Of a stretch of 64,000 nucleotides of DNA, positions 42,846-56,830 are shown piece after piece. This stretch comes from the human T2T-CHM13v2.0 reference genome, Homo sapiens. Location of the stretch: NCBI RefSeq assembly GCF_009914755.1, contig NC_060933.1; one strand, given 5' to 3'. Position numbers and translations under genes: made by a program. The first letter of the stretch is position 1. Each line of letters opens with the position of its first letter. The notes beneath the pieces were generated by a model that saw nothing but the letters and a program-made list of their open reading frames with translations, had not been told where the DNA came from and ran no database searches.

Positions 42846-44580
42846 CAATTTTTCAATTTTCTTCTTAATTTCTTCATTGACCCACTGGTCATTCAGGAGC
42901 ACATTGTTTAATTTCCATGTTTTTTTATGGTCTCCAAAATTCCTTTTGTTATTGAGTTGTAGTTTTATTTTATTGTTATCAGAGAAGATGTCTGATATTA
43001 TTTTAATTTTTTGAAGGTTTAGGGTGTGTTTCATGACCTAACATATGATCTATCCTTGAGAATGATCCATGTGCTGAGAAGAATGTGTATTCTGCAGCTG
43101 TTGGATGAAATTTTCTGTAAATATTGATTACGTCCATTTCATCTGTAGTGTAAATTAAATCTGATGTTTGTTGATTTTCTGTCTGAGAGATCGGTCCAAC
43201 GATGAAAGCTGGGTGTTGAAGTCTCTGGCTATAATTGTATTGAGGTCTATGTCTCCCTTTACCTCTAATAATATTTGCTTTATTTATCTGGGTGCTCCAG
43301 TGTTGGGTGATGTATGTTTATAATCATTACATTCTCTTGCTGAGTTGACCCCTATATCATTTTATAATGACTTTCTTTGTCTCTTCTGGCAGTTTGTGGC
43401 TTAAAATCTATTTTGTCTGATGTAAGTATAGTTACTCTTGCTCTTCTTCGGTAACATCATGAAATATATTTTTTGAATCCCTTTATTTTTAGTCTATATA
43501 TATCTTTATAGGTGATGTGTGTTTCTTGTAGGTAACAGATCAATGGGTCTTGGTTTTTGATCCCTTCAGTTACTCTACATCTTTTGATTGGAGAGTTTAG
43601 TTCACTTACATTCAACGTTGTTAAAATTCATAAGTAGGGGCTTACTCCTGCTATTTTGTTATTTGCTTTCTGGTTGTTTTGCAGTCTTCTCTTCCTTCTT
43701 TCTTCCCTCCTATGTATCTTTTAGTGAGGGTGAGGATGATTTTCTTGATTAGTATATTTTAGCTTCTTGATTTTTATTTTTTGTGTATCCATTGCATGTT
43801 TTCTGATTTGAGGTTACCAAGAGGTTTGCAAATACTATGTTACAACTCATAATTTTAAAGTGATGACAAAACTTAACTCTGATTGCATATAGAAACAAGC
43901 AAGCAGACACACAGAAAGAAAACTAATAAAAACTCTAAACTTTAACGTCATCCCCTGCTTTTTAACATTTTACTGTTTATGTTTCATTGTCCATGCCTTG
44001 AAAAGTCATTGTAGTTATTGTTTATGAATGGGTCATCATTTAGTCTTTCTACTTAAGACAAGAGTAGTTTACATACCATCATTGCCGTGTTATACTATTC
44101 TGTGTTTTTCTATGTTTACTATTATCAGTGAGTTTTCAACCTTCAGATGATTTCTTCTTGCTCATTAACCTCTTTTTATTTCAGATTGAATAACTCTTTT
44201 TGGCATTTCTTATAGGACAAGTCTGGTATTGATGAAATCCCTTAGCTTTTGTTTGTCCTTCACGAATGGAACATATTTCACTAGATATACTATTCAAGTT
44301 TTTTTTTTTTCCTTTAGCACTTTAAATATGCCATGTCGCTCTCTCCTGGCCTGTAAGATTTCCACTGAAAAGTGTGCTGCCAGATGCATTGGAGCTCCAT
44401 TGTATGTTATTTCTTACTTTTCACTTGATGCTTTTAGGATCCTTTCTTTGTCCCTAGCCTTTGGAAGTTTGATTATTAAATGTCTTGAGGTAGTCTACTT
44501 CGGGTTAAATTTGCTTAGTGTTCCACAACCCTTTTGTACTTGAATATTGATATCTCTCTATAGATTTGAGAAGCCCTTTA

Positions 44581-44876
<296 letters not shown>

Positions 44877-47800
44877 GATCTACCCCTACCTCATTATCTA
44901 CCTCCTCTTAGTTTGCTCTTTTGAGGTTTTTTCTTATAAGTGTATTCATTGTATTTTTTTTCTTTTATCTCCTGTGACTGTGTATTTTTAAATAGCCTGT
45001 CTTCAAGCTCACTAACTTCTTCTTCTGTTTGATTGATTCTGTTATTAGGAGACTCTGATCCTTTCTTCAATATGTCCATTGCATTTTCTAACTCTAGGAT
45101 TTCTGCTTGGTTCCTGAATCTTTTTGTTAAATTTATCAGATAGAATTCTGAATTATTTCTCTGTGTTATCTTGAATTTCCTTGAGTTTCCTCAACATGGC
45201 TATTTTGAATTCTCTGTCTGAAAGGTCATATATCTCTTTCTCCAGGATTATTCCCTGTTGTCTTATATAGTTCATTTGATGAGGCCATATTTTTCTGGGT
45301 GGTGTTCATGCTTGTAGATGTTGGTTGGTGTCTGGGCATTGAAGAGTTATACATTTATTGCAGTCTTCACAGTCTAGGCTTATTTGTACCTGTCCTTCTT
45401 GGGAAGGCTTTGCAGGTATTCAAAGGCACTTGGGCCTCAAGCCCATCAATGATGTGGTGTTTTTTGCAGACTCAAGGAGGTACCCCCTTGGTGGTCTTAG
45501 AGAAGATCCAGAATAATCTCTGGATTACCAGGAAGCTGATCCAGAGATTACCATTTTCTTTTTCCCTTACATTTTCTTTTTCCTTACTTTTTCCCAGACA
45601 AATGCTGTCTCTCTCTCTGTGCTCATCTACCTAGAGCTGGGAGTGTTATGATGCAAGCTCTTCTGTAGTCACCACCACCGGGACTGTGCTGGGTCAGACT
45701 TGAAGCCACAGTAGCACTGGGTCTTGCCCAAGGCCCTTGCCTTCAGGATGGCAAGTTCCCCCAGGCCCTTTGGCATGTCCAGAGATGCTGTCTGGGAGCA
45801 AAGACTTAGAGCCAAAAGCCTTAGCAGTTTACCTGATGTATTCTACTGCAGCTAAGCTGGCACCCACACCACAATACAAAGTCCTTCCTACTCTTCTCTC
45901 TCCTCTCCACAGGCAGAGAGGCCTCCCCCTGTGGCCACCACCACCACTGGTCCATGGTGGTGACTGGTTTTTGCCAGGCCACCATGATGTTCGCTTAAAG
46001 CCCAAGGGCTCTTCTGTCAGCTTGTGGTCAATGCTGCAAGGCCTGGAACTCACCTGTAAGGGTAGTGGGATCCCTTCTGGCCCAGGTAAGGTTCAGAACT
46101 GCTGTTCAAGATCCTAGGCCTGAATGTGGGTACTCCAAGATCATGACTATTGCTCCACCTTACTGTGGCCAAGCTGGTTTTTAAGGTTCAAGACAAAGTT
46201 CCCTTTACTTTTCTCTCCACTTTTCTTAAGCAAGAGTTTTTCACCATAGCCACCACAGCTGGGAATGTGCTGGATCACCCACGAAGCCAGCATGTCTCAG
46301 AGCCCAAGGCCTACAGCATACTTCCTGGGAATTGCTGTTAATTATTCAGGGCCCAAGGGCTCTTAAGTCAGCAGGTGATGAATCCTGCCAGGACTGGGTT
46401 CTTCCCTTCAAGGCAGTGGATTTTATCTTTTTTTTTTTTTTTTTTTTTGGCCCAGAGTGAGTACAGAAATGTCATATAGGAGTTAGTGCCTGGAACAGAG
46501 GCCTCACGGCTCAGCCCAGTGCCCTATCCTACTGTGGCTGAGCTGGTATTCAAGATCCAAGTCAAGGTCCTCTTTACTCTTCACTCCCCTCTCCTTAAGC
46601 AGAAGTAAGGAGTCACTTTCATTGCTGCAAGCTGTACTGCCTGGGGTTGGGAGAGTGATGGCCCCACACTCCCTTAAGCCATGGCAGCTGGTGTCTCGCT
46701 AGGTCATGTGCCACTCTAGTCCACTGGCTCTAAGCCCAGTCTAGCATGCGGAATTGCCTAGAAATTGCAATCCATGTGTCCTAGGCTTCAAGTTTACCTG
46801 AGAACCCAGATCACTTCAGTCCACAGTGGCAAGGCTTACTGAGAAACTCAAGTTCCAACCATTGCTGTGAGCGATTCCCTTCTGGTTAGGGCTGGTCCAA
46901 ATGCTTTCTCTGTTCATGGGTGCTGGCTGACCTCAGCACAGCTTTATTCTCTGCTGTGACACAGCAGCACTGAGTTCAATGTAAAGTACTCAATCACTGG
47001 TCTCTCCCTCCCCAAAGTGCACAGATTCTCTCTCCATGCCACATGGCAGCTGCTCATAAGGGAGAGGTGGTGTTGGAGATTCAAGGCTGTCTTTCCATTC
47101 CTCTTCAATGCTTCTTGTAGTGACATGAAGTCAAAAATGAGGTACTGTGATTGCTTGCCTGATTTTTGTTCTTGTGATGGTGCTTTTCTGTGTGCATAGT
47201 TGTTAAAATCTGGTGTTGCCACAGTGAGGTCTGGGGGTGTGTACAATGGTGTGGGCTTCTATTCCACCAGCTTGCTCCACCCCTCCATTGTGTTTAAAAT
47301 CTTCAATGTATATAAAACCACATTTTCTTTATCCATGTGTCCATCAGTGGACACTTAAGTCAATTCCATGTCTTGGCTACTGTGAACAATGCTGCAATAA
47401 ACATGGGAGTGCAAACATCTCTTTGACAAACTGACTTCATTTATTTTGGATATATATCCATAAATGGGTTTCTCGAATCATATGGTAGTCCCACTTTTTA
47501 TTCTTTGAGGAACCTCTGTATTGTTTTCCATAATGACAGCATCCCTTTACATTTCCAACAACAGTATACGAGGGTTCCTCTTTCTCCACATCCTTGCCAA
47601 CACTTATCTTTTGTCTTTTTGATAATAGCCATTTTAACATGTGTGAGGTGATGTATCACTGTGGTTTTAGTTTACATTTCCTAATGATTAATAATGCTGA
47701 ACATTTTTAATATACTTTTTAGCCATTTGAATGTCTTCTTTTGAGCAATTTCTATTCAGATCCTATCCCATTTTTTAAATTGGCTTTTGTTTTGCTATTG

Positions 47801-48498
47801 CTTGAGCTTCTTATATACGTTGGATATTAACCCCATATCAGATGTACATTTTGAAAATATTTTCTCCCATCCTGTAGGTTGTCTCTTACCTCTGTTGATT
47901 GTCTCCTTTGCTGTGTAGAAATTTTTCAGTTTGATGCAATCCCTTTGCCTATCTGTTTTTTTGTTTTTGTTTTTGTTTTTTGGCTGTGCTTTTAGAGTAA
48001 TATCCCCAAATCCCTTACCCAGACTAATGAATTAAGGCAATTTCTCATGACTTCTTTTAGTAGTTTTATACTTTTAGGTCTTATATTTAAGTTCTTAAAC
48101 CATTTTGAGTTGATTTTTGTATGTGGTATCAGATATGGTCCAATATTTTTTCTTTCCCAGCATGACTTATTGAAAAGACTGTTCCCTTTCCATTGTGTAT
48201 TCTTGGCACCTTTGTCAAAGATAAATTAACAGTACATATGTAGGTTTATTTCCAGGCTTTCTACTCTGTTCCGTTAGTCCATGTGTCTGTTTTTATGCCA
48301 ATACCATGCTGTTTTTACTACCATAGCTTTGTATTATATTTTAAAATTAAGTAGTTTGGTGCTTCCAGGTTTATTTTGGCTCAGCTTTCTTTGGCTATTT
48401 GGGGTCTTTTACAGTTTTATATAAATTTTTGAATTGATTTTTCTATTTCTCTGAAAAATGTTCCTGAAAATTTGATAGGAATTGCATTAAATATGTAG

Positions 48499-48873
<375 letters not shown>

Positions 48874-48882
48874 TTCTTCCTT

Positions 48883-49200
48883 TTTTTTAACCACAAATTG
48901 ATTTTCGACGATATTTTTCGCCATATGTTGGATTATGTAAGTGAATGAATAGACGTATGGCACGATTCTGCCCATTTGAATTTTTATTTCATTGCTTTTT
49001 CCATACTTGAGTGAAGCTTTTTTACTGCAATTCTCTAATTTAATGCTGTGTCAGCATATCATTCATGGCTATCTGCCAAACAGGCCATTTTGTCCTCTTT
49101 CACATTCAAATAGTGCTATGGAGGTGAGGCCATAATGTGGAGGTACATGGAGACATGTTAATGTAGTAGTATGTGCTATGGAAGATTAAGCTATGTGTTT
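48883..49200 (-). pseudogene. degenerate ERV-L RNase H segment
   Basis: Minus strand reads ACLADSHE*YADT (cf. AWFTDGSA.YAGT) and FKWAES (cf. SQWAEL); continues across the L1 TSD into KKDQPEV (cf. KEKWPEV) near 39990. Confidence 0.6.
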
Positions 49201-49258
49201 TAAAACTTACTTAAGGGCTTATGTACAACTTGAACCACACTTACACACACACACATCA

Positions 49259-51905
49259 CACTTGGCCCTTGAACAAATAGGAGTTTAGGGGTACTGATCC
49301 CCCCAACACAATTGAAAAATCCATGTGTAACTTTTAACACCCCCCAAATTTACCAATAGCTAACTGTTGACTGGAAACTTTACCAATAACACAAAGTCAA
49401 CAAATATTTGGTATGTTACATGCATTATATACTATATTCTTACAATATAGTAAGCTAGATAAAAGAAACTGTTAAGAAAGAGAAAATGTATTTACTTCAT
49501 TAAGTGGAAGTGAATCATTTTAAAAGCCTTTATCCTTATCTTCATGTTGAGTAGGCTGAGGAGGAAGAAGAAGAGGAGGGGTTAGTCTTGCTTTCTGGGG
49601 GTGACAACAGTACAAGAGGTGGAGGAGGTGGAAGGGGAGGCAGGAAAGACAGGCACACACTTGATGTAACTTTACAGAAAGACATAATTTCTGTCTGGCT
49701 TTCTTTTCTTTTTTTTTTTGCCTTTTCATTTCTGTAAAAATGTTTCTATATGGTACCAATCTTTCATCCACTGTTTGCTTTCATTTCAGTGCCTGTATCA
49801 TAGAAGGGTCCATGCCATAAAATAAGTCTAAAGCAATCTTGACTAATCAAAACACTTCTTCCAAATTGTCTAATGTCAATTTGTTTTCTGTCACTGCTTT
49901 TTCTACATCTTCCTCACCATTTGGCACTGGATCAGAAGCACTCATCTCTATCAAGTCATCCTCTGTTAATTTCTCTGGTGTGGTTTTTATTAGCTCTTGA
50001 ATTTTCTCCAAGGCTCATGTCTTAAAACTCTCCACCACCCTCATTTTGTTGTTGCCATTTTCACAGTTTCTTTCATGATTTCCTTGACTTGCTCTGTTGT
50101 AAATCCTGGAAAGTCATGCACCACATCTGGACACAGTTTCCTCCAGCAGAAATTTATTGTGTCAGGCTTGGTGATTTTCACAGCTTTTTCTATAACAATG
50201 GCAATTTCAGTGGTGCAATCCTTCTAGACTTTTATGATGTTCTCTCAATGAGATATCTCTTCCATAGCATTGATAATCTTTTCCGTAGAGTACCATGTGT
50301 AATGAGCCTTAAATGTCATGGATCCCTGACCTGGAGGCTGAATTAAAGATGTTGTATAAAGGGTCAAGTAGATTACTTTAATGCCTTCAGTGCTGAACTT
50401 ACGGAGTTCTGGGTGGTCACAGGCATTCCTCAACATGAAAATAACTTAAAAATACAGACCCTCACTGGTAAGGTCCTTCCTGACTTCAAGGACAAAGCAT
50501 CAATAGAACTAATCCAGGAAACAGATTATTCTTATTTTCCAGGCTTTCTTGTTTTACAATCAAAATATTGGTAGCTGGTGTTAGATAAGGGCAGTCCTGA
50601 TCATAAACCCAACTGCATTTGCACAAAACAGTAGAGTTGGCCTATCCCTTCCTGCCTTAAATTCTGGTGCTTGTTTCCCTTCCTTACTAATAAATGTCCT
50701 TTGTGGTATTGGTTTCCAAAACAGGACATTTTCATCTGTATTAAAAATCCATCCATGCAGATCTCCTTTCTCCTCAGTGATTTTTTTCATTTGGGAAGTT
50801 ATCTGCTGCCTCTTGGTCAGCAGAAACTGCTTCTTCTGTTATTTTGACATTTTTTAATCCAAATCTCTTTCTAAAATTATCAAACTATCCTTTGCTGTTG
50901 TTAAATTCTTCAGCTTAGATTCTTTACTTTCCTTTTGCTTTAAATTGTCATATAATGACTTCACTTCTTTTCAAAACATATTACATTCTATAGGTATGCC
51001 TTTCCTATAGCAATTTTTCACCAACGTAAAGGTTGTATTTTCAATGCAAAATAAAAAGGTAATCACAAATATACAATGTTTTTGCACTTGCTGGTGTAGT
51101 TACAGCTATGGCTTCATAAATGTTCTCTTTTTCTTTTTAATGGTCCTTAGGCTGGATTTATTTATCTTAAAATGGTGGGCCACTACCGCTGCAAACCTCA
51201 ATCTACAATACATATTAAGCAATTCAACATTTTTAAATAATGCCATGACTTTGCTTCTTGGGACCACTTCTAGCATCACTAACAGTATTTCGTAAGGGTG
51301 TCACCTTGTTATTCAGGGTTTATGATATTGCACCAAACACAATGAAAAATATGTGACAGCCATGAGATCTTAGTCTTTACTTCATTGTGTGATATGTGAT
51401 TTTCTAGAGACAGGATCTGCTCCACACAGACATGATTAATGTCAGACAGCATTTTAAGCAGATATTCACAACACTTGAGGTCACCACAATAGCAACAGGA
51501 TGTCACTACAAAATTATTACAGTAGTACCATATGTACTACAGTTAATTTTATGTAGTTATAATTTAGTATGACATATTCATGTTTGTTTACATTTTTCTG
51601 GACTGTGAGTGGCATAGTGTATGGTCTATAAGTGTGTTTGTAAGCTTTGATAAATTTTGACTCTTTACAATAGATATATGTATATTTCATGGTAGTAAAT
51701 TACAAAATTTCCTAGTAACTACATATATTTTATGCACGTGTGACATGTCTAAATCTTATATATATATTTCTCAGCGATGCAGTTCATCTGCAAGTTTTAT
51801 GAAATTGTCTCAAACCTCCAAAAAGTTTTAAATATATTTGTTGAAAAATATTCACATATAAGTTGACCCATGCAATTCCGACCTGTGTTGTCCAAGGGTC
51901 ACCTC
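49259..51905 (-). mobile_element. near full-length Tigger2 (pogo-like) transposon with decayed transposase
   Basis: Both TIRs visible (cacttggcccttgaacaa / ttgtccaagggtcacct), ~2.65 kb; ORF 50581-50790 IFNTDENVLFWK..PQRTFISKE.KQAP.FKAGRDR.TLLFCANAVG is the pogo transposase first-Asp region; frames broken. Confidence 0.92.
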
Positions 51906-52089
51906 TCTCCATATATGTAACTATAAAATTATATATATGATATAAAGTTATAAATATTATATATATACATACACCTATATATAACTTTCAATTGATAATT
52001 GCTACTTTGCATTCCTGAATTTATGCCTTAGATTCACCTGCTAAATTACAAGCACGTTGGGTCATATGTTTTCCATTTTTAGAAATTCA

Positions 52090-52700
52090 GTCCACAGTAG
52101 GGTTCAGTAGCAAGCCAGGAACTGTTTCTCTAAAGGAGAATATTTTTCTGCATAAGAGAACATAACTTTTTTCCAAAACTCTAGGGAACTGCATTGTGCT
52201 GTGATTGCATTAGGACCAACCAGAAGTTCCAATCTGCATTTATAAGCAAGTACCAGGGATAGGGAACTTCAAGCACTATTGAATCTATTGGATGATACTG
52301 CCCAAATGGGAAACTTTAATAACAAATTAGACTGGTTGCAAAGCCTTGTTCTGTTCTGAGACCCACTCAAAACTGACCTCAGTTAAAACTACAGAATTAT
52401 GAGTTATTTTATAAAATGGTTGAAGGAACAAACCCAAATATAGCATATATTGCCTTTGAAATACAGACAGACCTGCTAGGTTTTTTGCCTTTATGTTGGT
52501 GGTAGATGATATAAAAAGAAAGAATTTTTTTGAAAATTTTTGAGATGACATTGACAAGCCCCTGTTCAATAGTCTACTAGAAACTTACTAAAGTGTCAGT
52601 CTTTGATTTTTCATGCTGTTTCTCTCTCACATTCTAGTGTGCAGGTGTCTTAATAAAGCAATTATATAGTTGCTACCTGTTGATAACCAAGTAGATAAAA
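52090..52700 (-). pseudogene. degenerate ERV-L reverse transcriptase thumb/connection segment
   Basis: ORF 52327-52569 STTNIKAKNLAGLSVFQRQYMLYLGLFLQPFYKIT...SFEWVSEQNKALQPV parallels ERV-L PTTKKEAQRLVGLFGFWRQHIPHLGVLLRPIYRVT..SFEWGPEQEKALQQV (recalled). Confidence 0.8.
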
Positions 52701-54405
52701 CCACCTTTGCTAAGTCAATGATAGTGCTAGATTCTCCTCCTGCAAGCCATTCTCATTTCTTCTTTTCTCCCAACCCTAGCAAAGCTTCCAGGGTTTATTT
52801 TATAAGAATAGTGAGTGTCTTAAGATGATATGTATCCTAAAAATGAAAACAAAAGGCACTCCACTTCTTTTCCAGTTAATTCAATGCTTGTCTGTTTTGT
52901 ACATGGCTATTCAAGGCAGTTTCTTCTCACCATAAAAATTTGCCTAAATAAATTTATGTAGTTCAGATAGATTTGGAATTTTTTCCCAATTTATTAACAA
53001 ATTTCAAATTGTTACTGAAATGTAAAAACAAATAGAAATAACTTAGTTTTTATTAGAAACTTATATTTTCTATTGAAGGAACTCATATAATTAAAGCAAG
53101 AGTTAATATTTACGAAGTTTTTGAAGGAAAGAGAAGAAAAAAAGATACTACTGAACAATAGGTACAGGTAATTATGTGACATAAGGAGGCATGGCCTGAG
53201 ATTGCAGATTAGTAGCAAGGACAGTTTTTTCCTTGCGTTCTTTAAATGCTATTTAAATAGATGCCCTCTAAATGTCTGCCCTCATCATTTTCCTTACCCC
53301 CACCATTACCACATATTCAAGCCAAAGAAACCAACATTCATTACTCCTAATGGAATATAATCTGGAAATGCTGAAAAATGAAACAAAACAAACCTCAAAT
53401 TATTGGAACACAGATTATTGGTCATGCCTAGCAACATCTACAAATGAGTCTCTTGGAAGATGCGAAGAGAATAGGTAGAGAACAACATTTTGGGTAGACA
53501 CAGTTGACATTTACATTAAATGTCTGTGGTCTCAAAGAGTAAAACTAGTGATGTAAAAGCCAGAAGGCCAGGACTACAGCTAGTTGGGCTGAGAATCAGT
53601 TTTCTAGAACAAAACCAAATGTATGTAGGAAACAAGTCTGGAAAGCTGCCTTGCTGATAGTTAGAAGGCCATATTTATGAGAGGAGGTGCCAAAGGAAGG
53701 CAAGGTGCCAAGCACTTAATGCAGCAAGCTAAAAAGGAAATCAGACTTTTGGGGTGAACCATGGAAAGTGAATCTCTATGGGGTAACATTCATTTATTCT
53801 TTCACTCAATGAACCACAGTTAAGCACTAATTGTGTTCCAGGTTCTGCTGTGTGCCTCAGTACAGTGAGTACAAGAGACAAACTGATCCTCAGGCCAGGT
53901 GGATTGCCCTGTAGCTTTTTTTTTCTATTTCCTTCTGTCTATGGGATGTTCTGGATCCAAAGGCAGGCTAAAAAAAAATTCAACCAGCTAGAATAAAGAG
54001 TTTTCGTTATTAAAACTGTACGAATCAAAGAAGGAAATAAGAGTACTCTTAGATATCCCCTTACCCCCCTCAATAGGTACCTAATTTTGAGATATAAACA
54101 ATAACATATATAAAGTACTGGTGCAAAATTTGGCTTCCAGTAGGTAGACAAAGTACGTGAATTCACATCCATTCCATTCTGTTCCCTGGTTTTACATATC
54201 TGCAGAAAAGTAGACTCAGTGTGCAAAAATACACTTAGGTGTGTGTTTTTTTCCTAAAATGTTTGAATTCTTTAAGTCATGAAATCATCTGTAGTGCAGA
54301 TTGAAAATTTGCAAAGGAGCTCCTAAAATGCTGTTCTTTCTCTTTGAGTTCTGTTTCAGTAGGCAGCTTGACTAGATGTCACTCTTGCTTTAAAACCACC
54401 TCTCT

Positions 54406-54700
54406 GGCTGGGCGCAGTGGCTCACGCCTGTAATCCCAGCACTTTGGGAGGCCAAGGCGGGTGGATCACGAGGTCAGGAGATAGAGACCACCGTGGCTAA
54501 CACGATGAAACCCCGTCTCTACCAAAAATTAGCCGGGCGTGGTGGCAGGGGCTTGTAGTCCCAGCTACTCAAGAGGCTGAGGCAGGAGACTGGCATGAAC
54601 CCGGGAGGCGGAGCTTGCAGAGTCGAGATCACGCCACTGCACTCCAGCCTGGGTGACAGAGCGAGACTCTGTCTCAAAAAAATAAATAAATAAAATAAAA
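54406..54700 (+). mobile_element. AluY
   Basis: 'ggctaacacg', 'gcggagcttgcag'; 14-bp TSD taaaaccacctctc. Confidence 0.95.
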
Positions 54701-55729
54701 TAAAACCACCTCTCAGATATTTCTTTTAAACAAATTAGACAGTAACGTAACTTCTATCTAACAAGAGTTAACAACATAATTAAGAATTCTCTCAGTGTAT
54801 AAACCACTTTAAGGGGAAACTGTATAACTTTTGAGAAACACACATACATATATACTTACATATGCAAACCACTTTAAGGCTACTAGGAAATCTAATGACT
54901 CAATTTAAATTGTCTCAAATGTCTAACATCTGCATGGAAGGAACCTGGTTTAAACTGTGTATACAACACCTAGACAAATGGCAGAAGACCAAAAATGTAA
55001 TAATAATAGTAATGGTAACAATAATACTAAAAAGTATTCTGTAAATGACTAATGTTACTATTCCCTCTACTGGTGTTATATTATTAGCTTATTTACTTTA
55101 AAGTGATTTTATATAGATGCTCATTTGGAGCAGTATTGAACAAATTTCAAAATTATTACAAATGTAATTAAACTATGACATATTAAATATTAAATTAATT
55201 TTAAACTATTTTCACATTATTTGGTAATTTAACCTTACCCAAAGTGCAAATCTATAAGGCAATTTAGCTACTATCATTAATTCTTTATGAATTAGCTGTG
55301 ACTATCTTCTTTGCTCAGGAAGGCTCTTATACATCTAATTAGTGCTAACAGCAAATGCCTTTAAAATGTTCAAATTAAGACAAAAAATATGACGGCAGTT
55401 ATTCTTATCAGGAAAATGTGCAGACTCTAAGGCATCTTATTAAGGGAGATAATATAGTAATCAGTTGAAAGATGCCAAGGAGTGTATTCATTTATATGTG
55501 TGATTTACTTGTTCATTCTATATACCTATGCAAATCAGCATCTTCAAAACTCCCATACACTTCTAAACAGGGAGATAAACTGGAATTTTTTAAACCTTCA
55601 ATTGAAAAGAAAGGAATTACAGGATTGAAGGAAAGAGGAAGGAAGGGAAGATAAAAATAGATAGCTAATAGCTAATACCCACTCCCATCCCCCAAAAGCA
55701 GATAATCTGTTGTTGAGCCCTTAAAAGAG

Positions 55730-56150
55730 GTTGATTCATTCATTTGTTAATTTGTTCAGGAACTATTTGGGGGTATCTACTGTGTTTCAGTTATTATGCA
55801 AAATGTTGAGAATACTTCAGTGTAAAGATGCTGTTCCTGGTCTCAAGCAGTTCACAATTCAATGGGGGACAGACAGGTCCAAATACAGGATTATAATTGC
55901 CAATATGGCTGTGTGTAGAGGGTTCAGTGGAAGCCTGGGGGCAGTGTAGTTATGTCTTACTAGGGGAGTCAGAGAAAGCTTTATGACACAGAATATAAGA
56001 ATTGTCTCTTGCAGGAGAAGTAGGAGTTTGCAAGTGTCTAGGAAACAAAAAATAAAAGATGTCAGCACAGGAATGGGCATATGCAAAAGCCTAGAAACAG
56101 CCTGCTCAGTTAAAGAACTGTAAGATCTTTGCTATGACATAAGTACAAGC
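55730..56150 (-). mobile_element. L2 fragment
   Basis: 'ttcattcatttg...tctactgtgtttcag...gttcctggtctcaagcagttcacaat...gtcagagaaagcttt...catatgcaaaagcctaga'. Confidence 0.8.
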
Positions 56151-56639
56151 TCCAGTTAAGCAATGGTCATTTTAGGTTTATTACCAGAAAAAAAGTGAAA
56201 GTTAGATTATTTGTTTCCTGAGAGCACAATTCTCCTAACCCATGATAGTTTAAATAAAGTTTGAGTAAAACGAAATTTATTCAACCACCAAGTGGAAAGT
56301 TATAGCCATAGCTCCATTAACGGTATAGTGGGTTCAATAGAAGGTTGCCCAAAACCCAGAGCTCAATGAGAGACCTCATCATCTTGGAAGGAAACATACA
56401 TAGGTGAAGTCCTTTAGGCCTCCAGCCAGAGTAATTAGCAGGTGATAATTTACATTGTGGAGAGGAAGTCCAATGCTAGGTATTGCTCGTGGGCAATAGA
56501 ATAAGGGCAGTATCTGAGCACAGGTGTCTGGGGGTGCTAGTCTCTGGTTCTCCAGCACATTAAAAGAAAAGGAAAATATTAAAGTTTGATTGAACTACAT
56601 TGCCTTTTGTGATCTGTAAAAATGACCATGTCATACGGT

Positions 56640-56830
56640 TTAATTTAATATTTGCTGAGTGCTTACCCAGGACACGTCACGGTCTTAAAGACTTTACATA
56701 CACTACCTAATTGAATGAAAACTTACAAGCACCCCACAAGATAAATTTGTTTCTCCAATCTGCTGAGCCAAAGACCAAAGTGGTCCAAGACAGAAAACTA
56801 CTGCGAAATTGCATACCAATCTCTTTGGTT
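56640..56830 (-). mobile_element. MIR fragment
   Basis: 'atttgctgagtgcttac...actttacata...acaagcacccc'; weak. Confidence 0.5.

Noticed and set aside
50245-50790. Domesticated Tigger transposase gene (TIGD-like)
   Set aside because: The reading frame is broken into short pieces by stops and frameshifts inside a TIR-bounded element.
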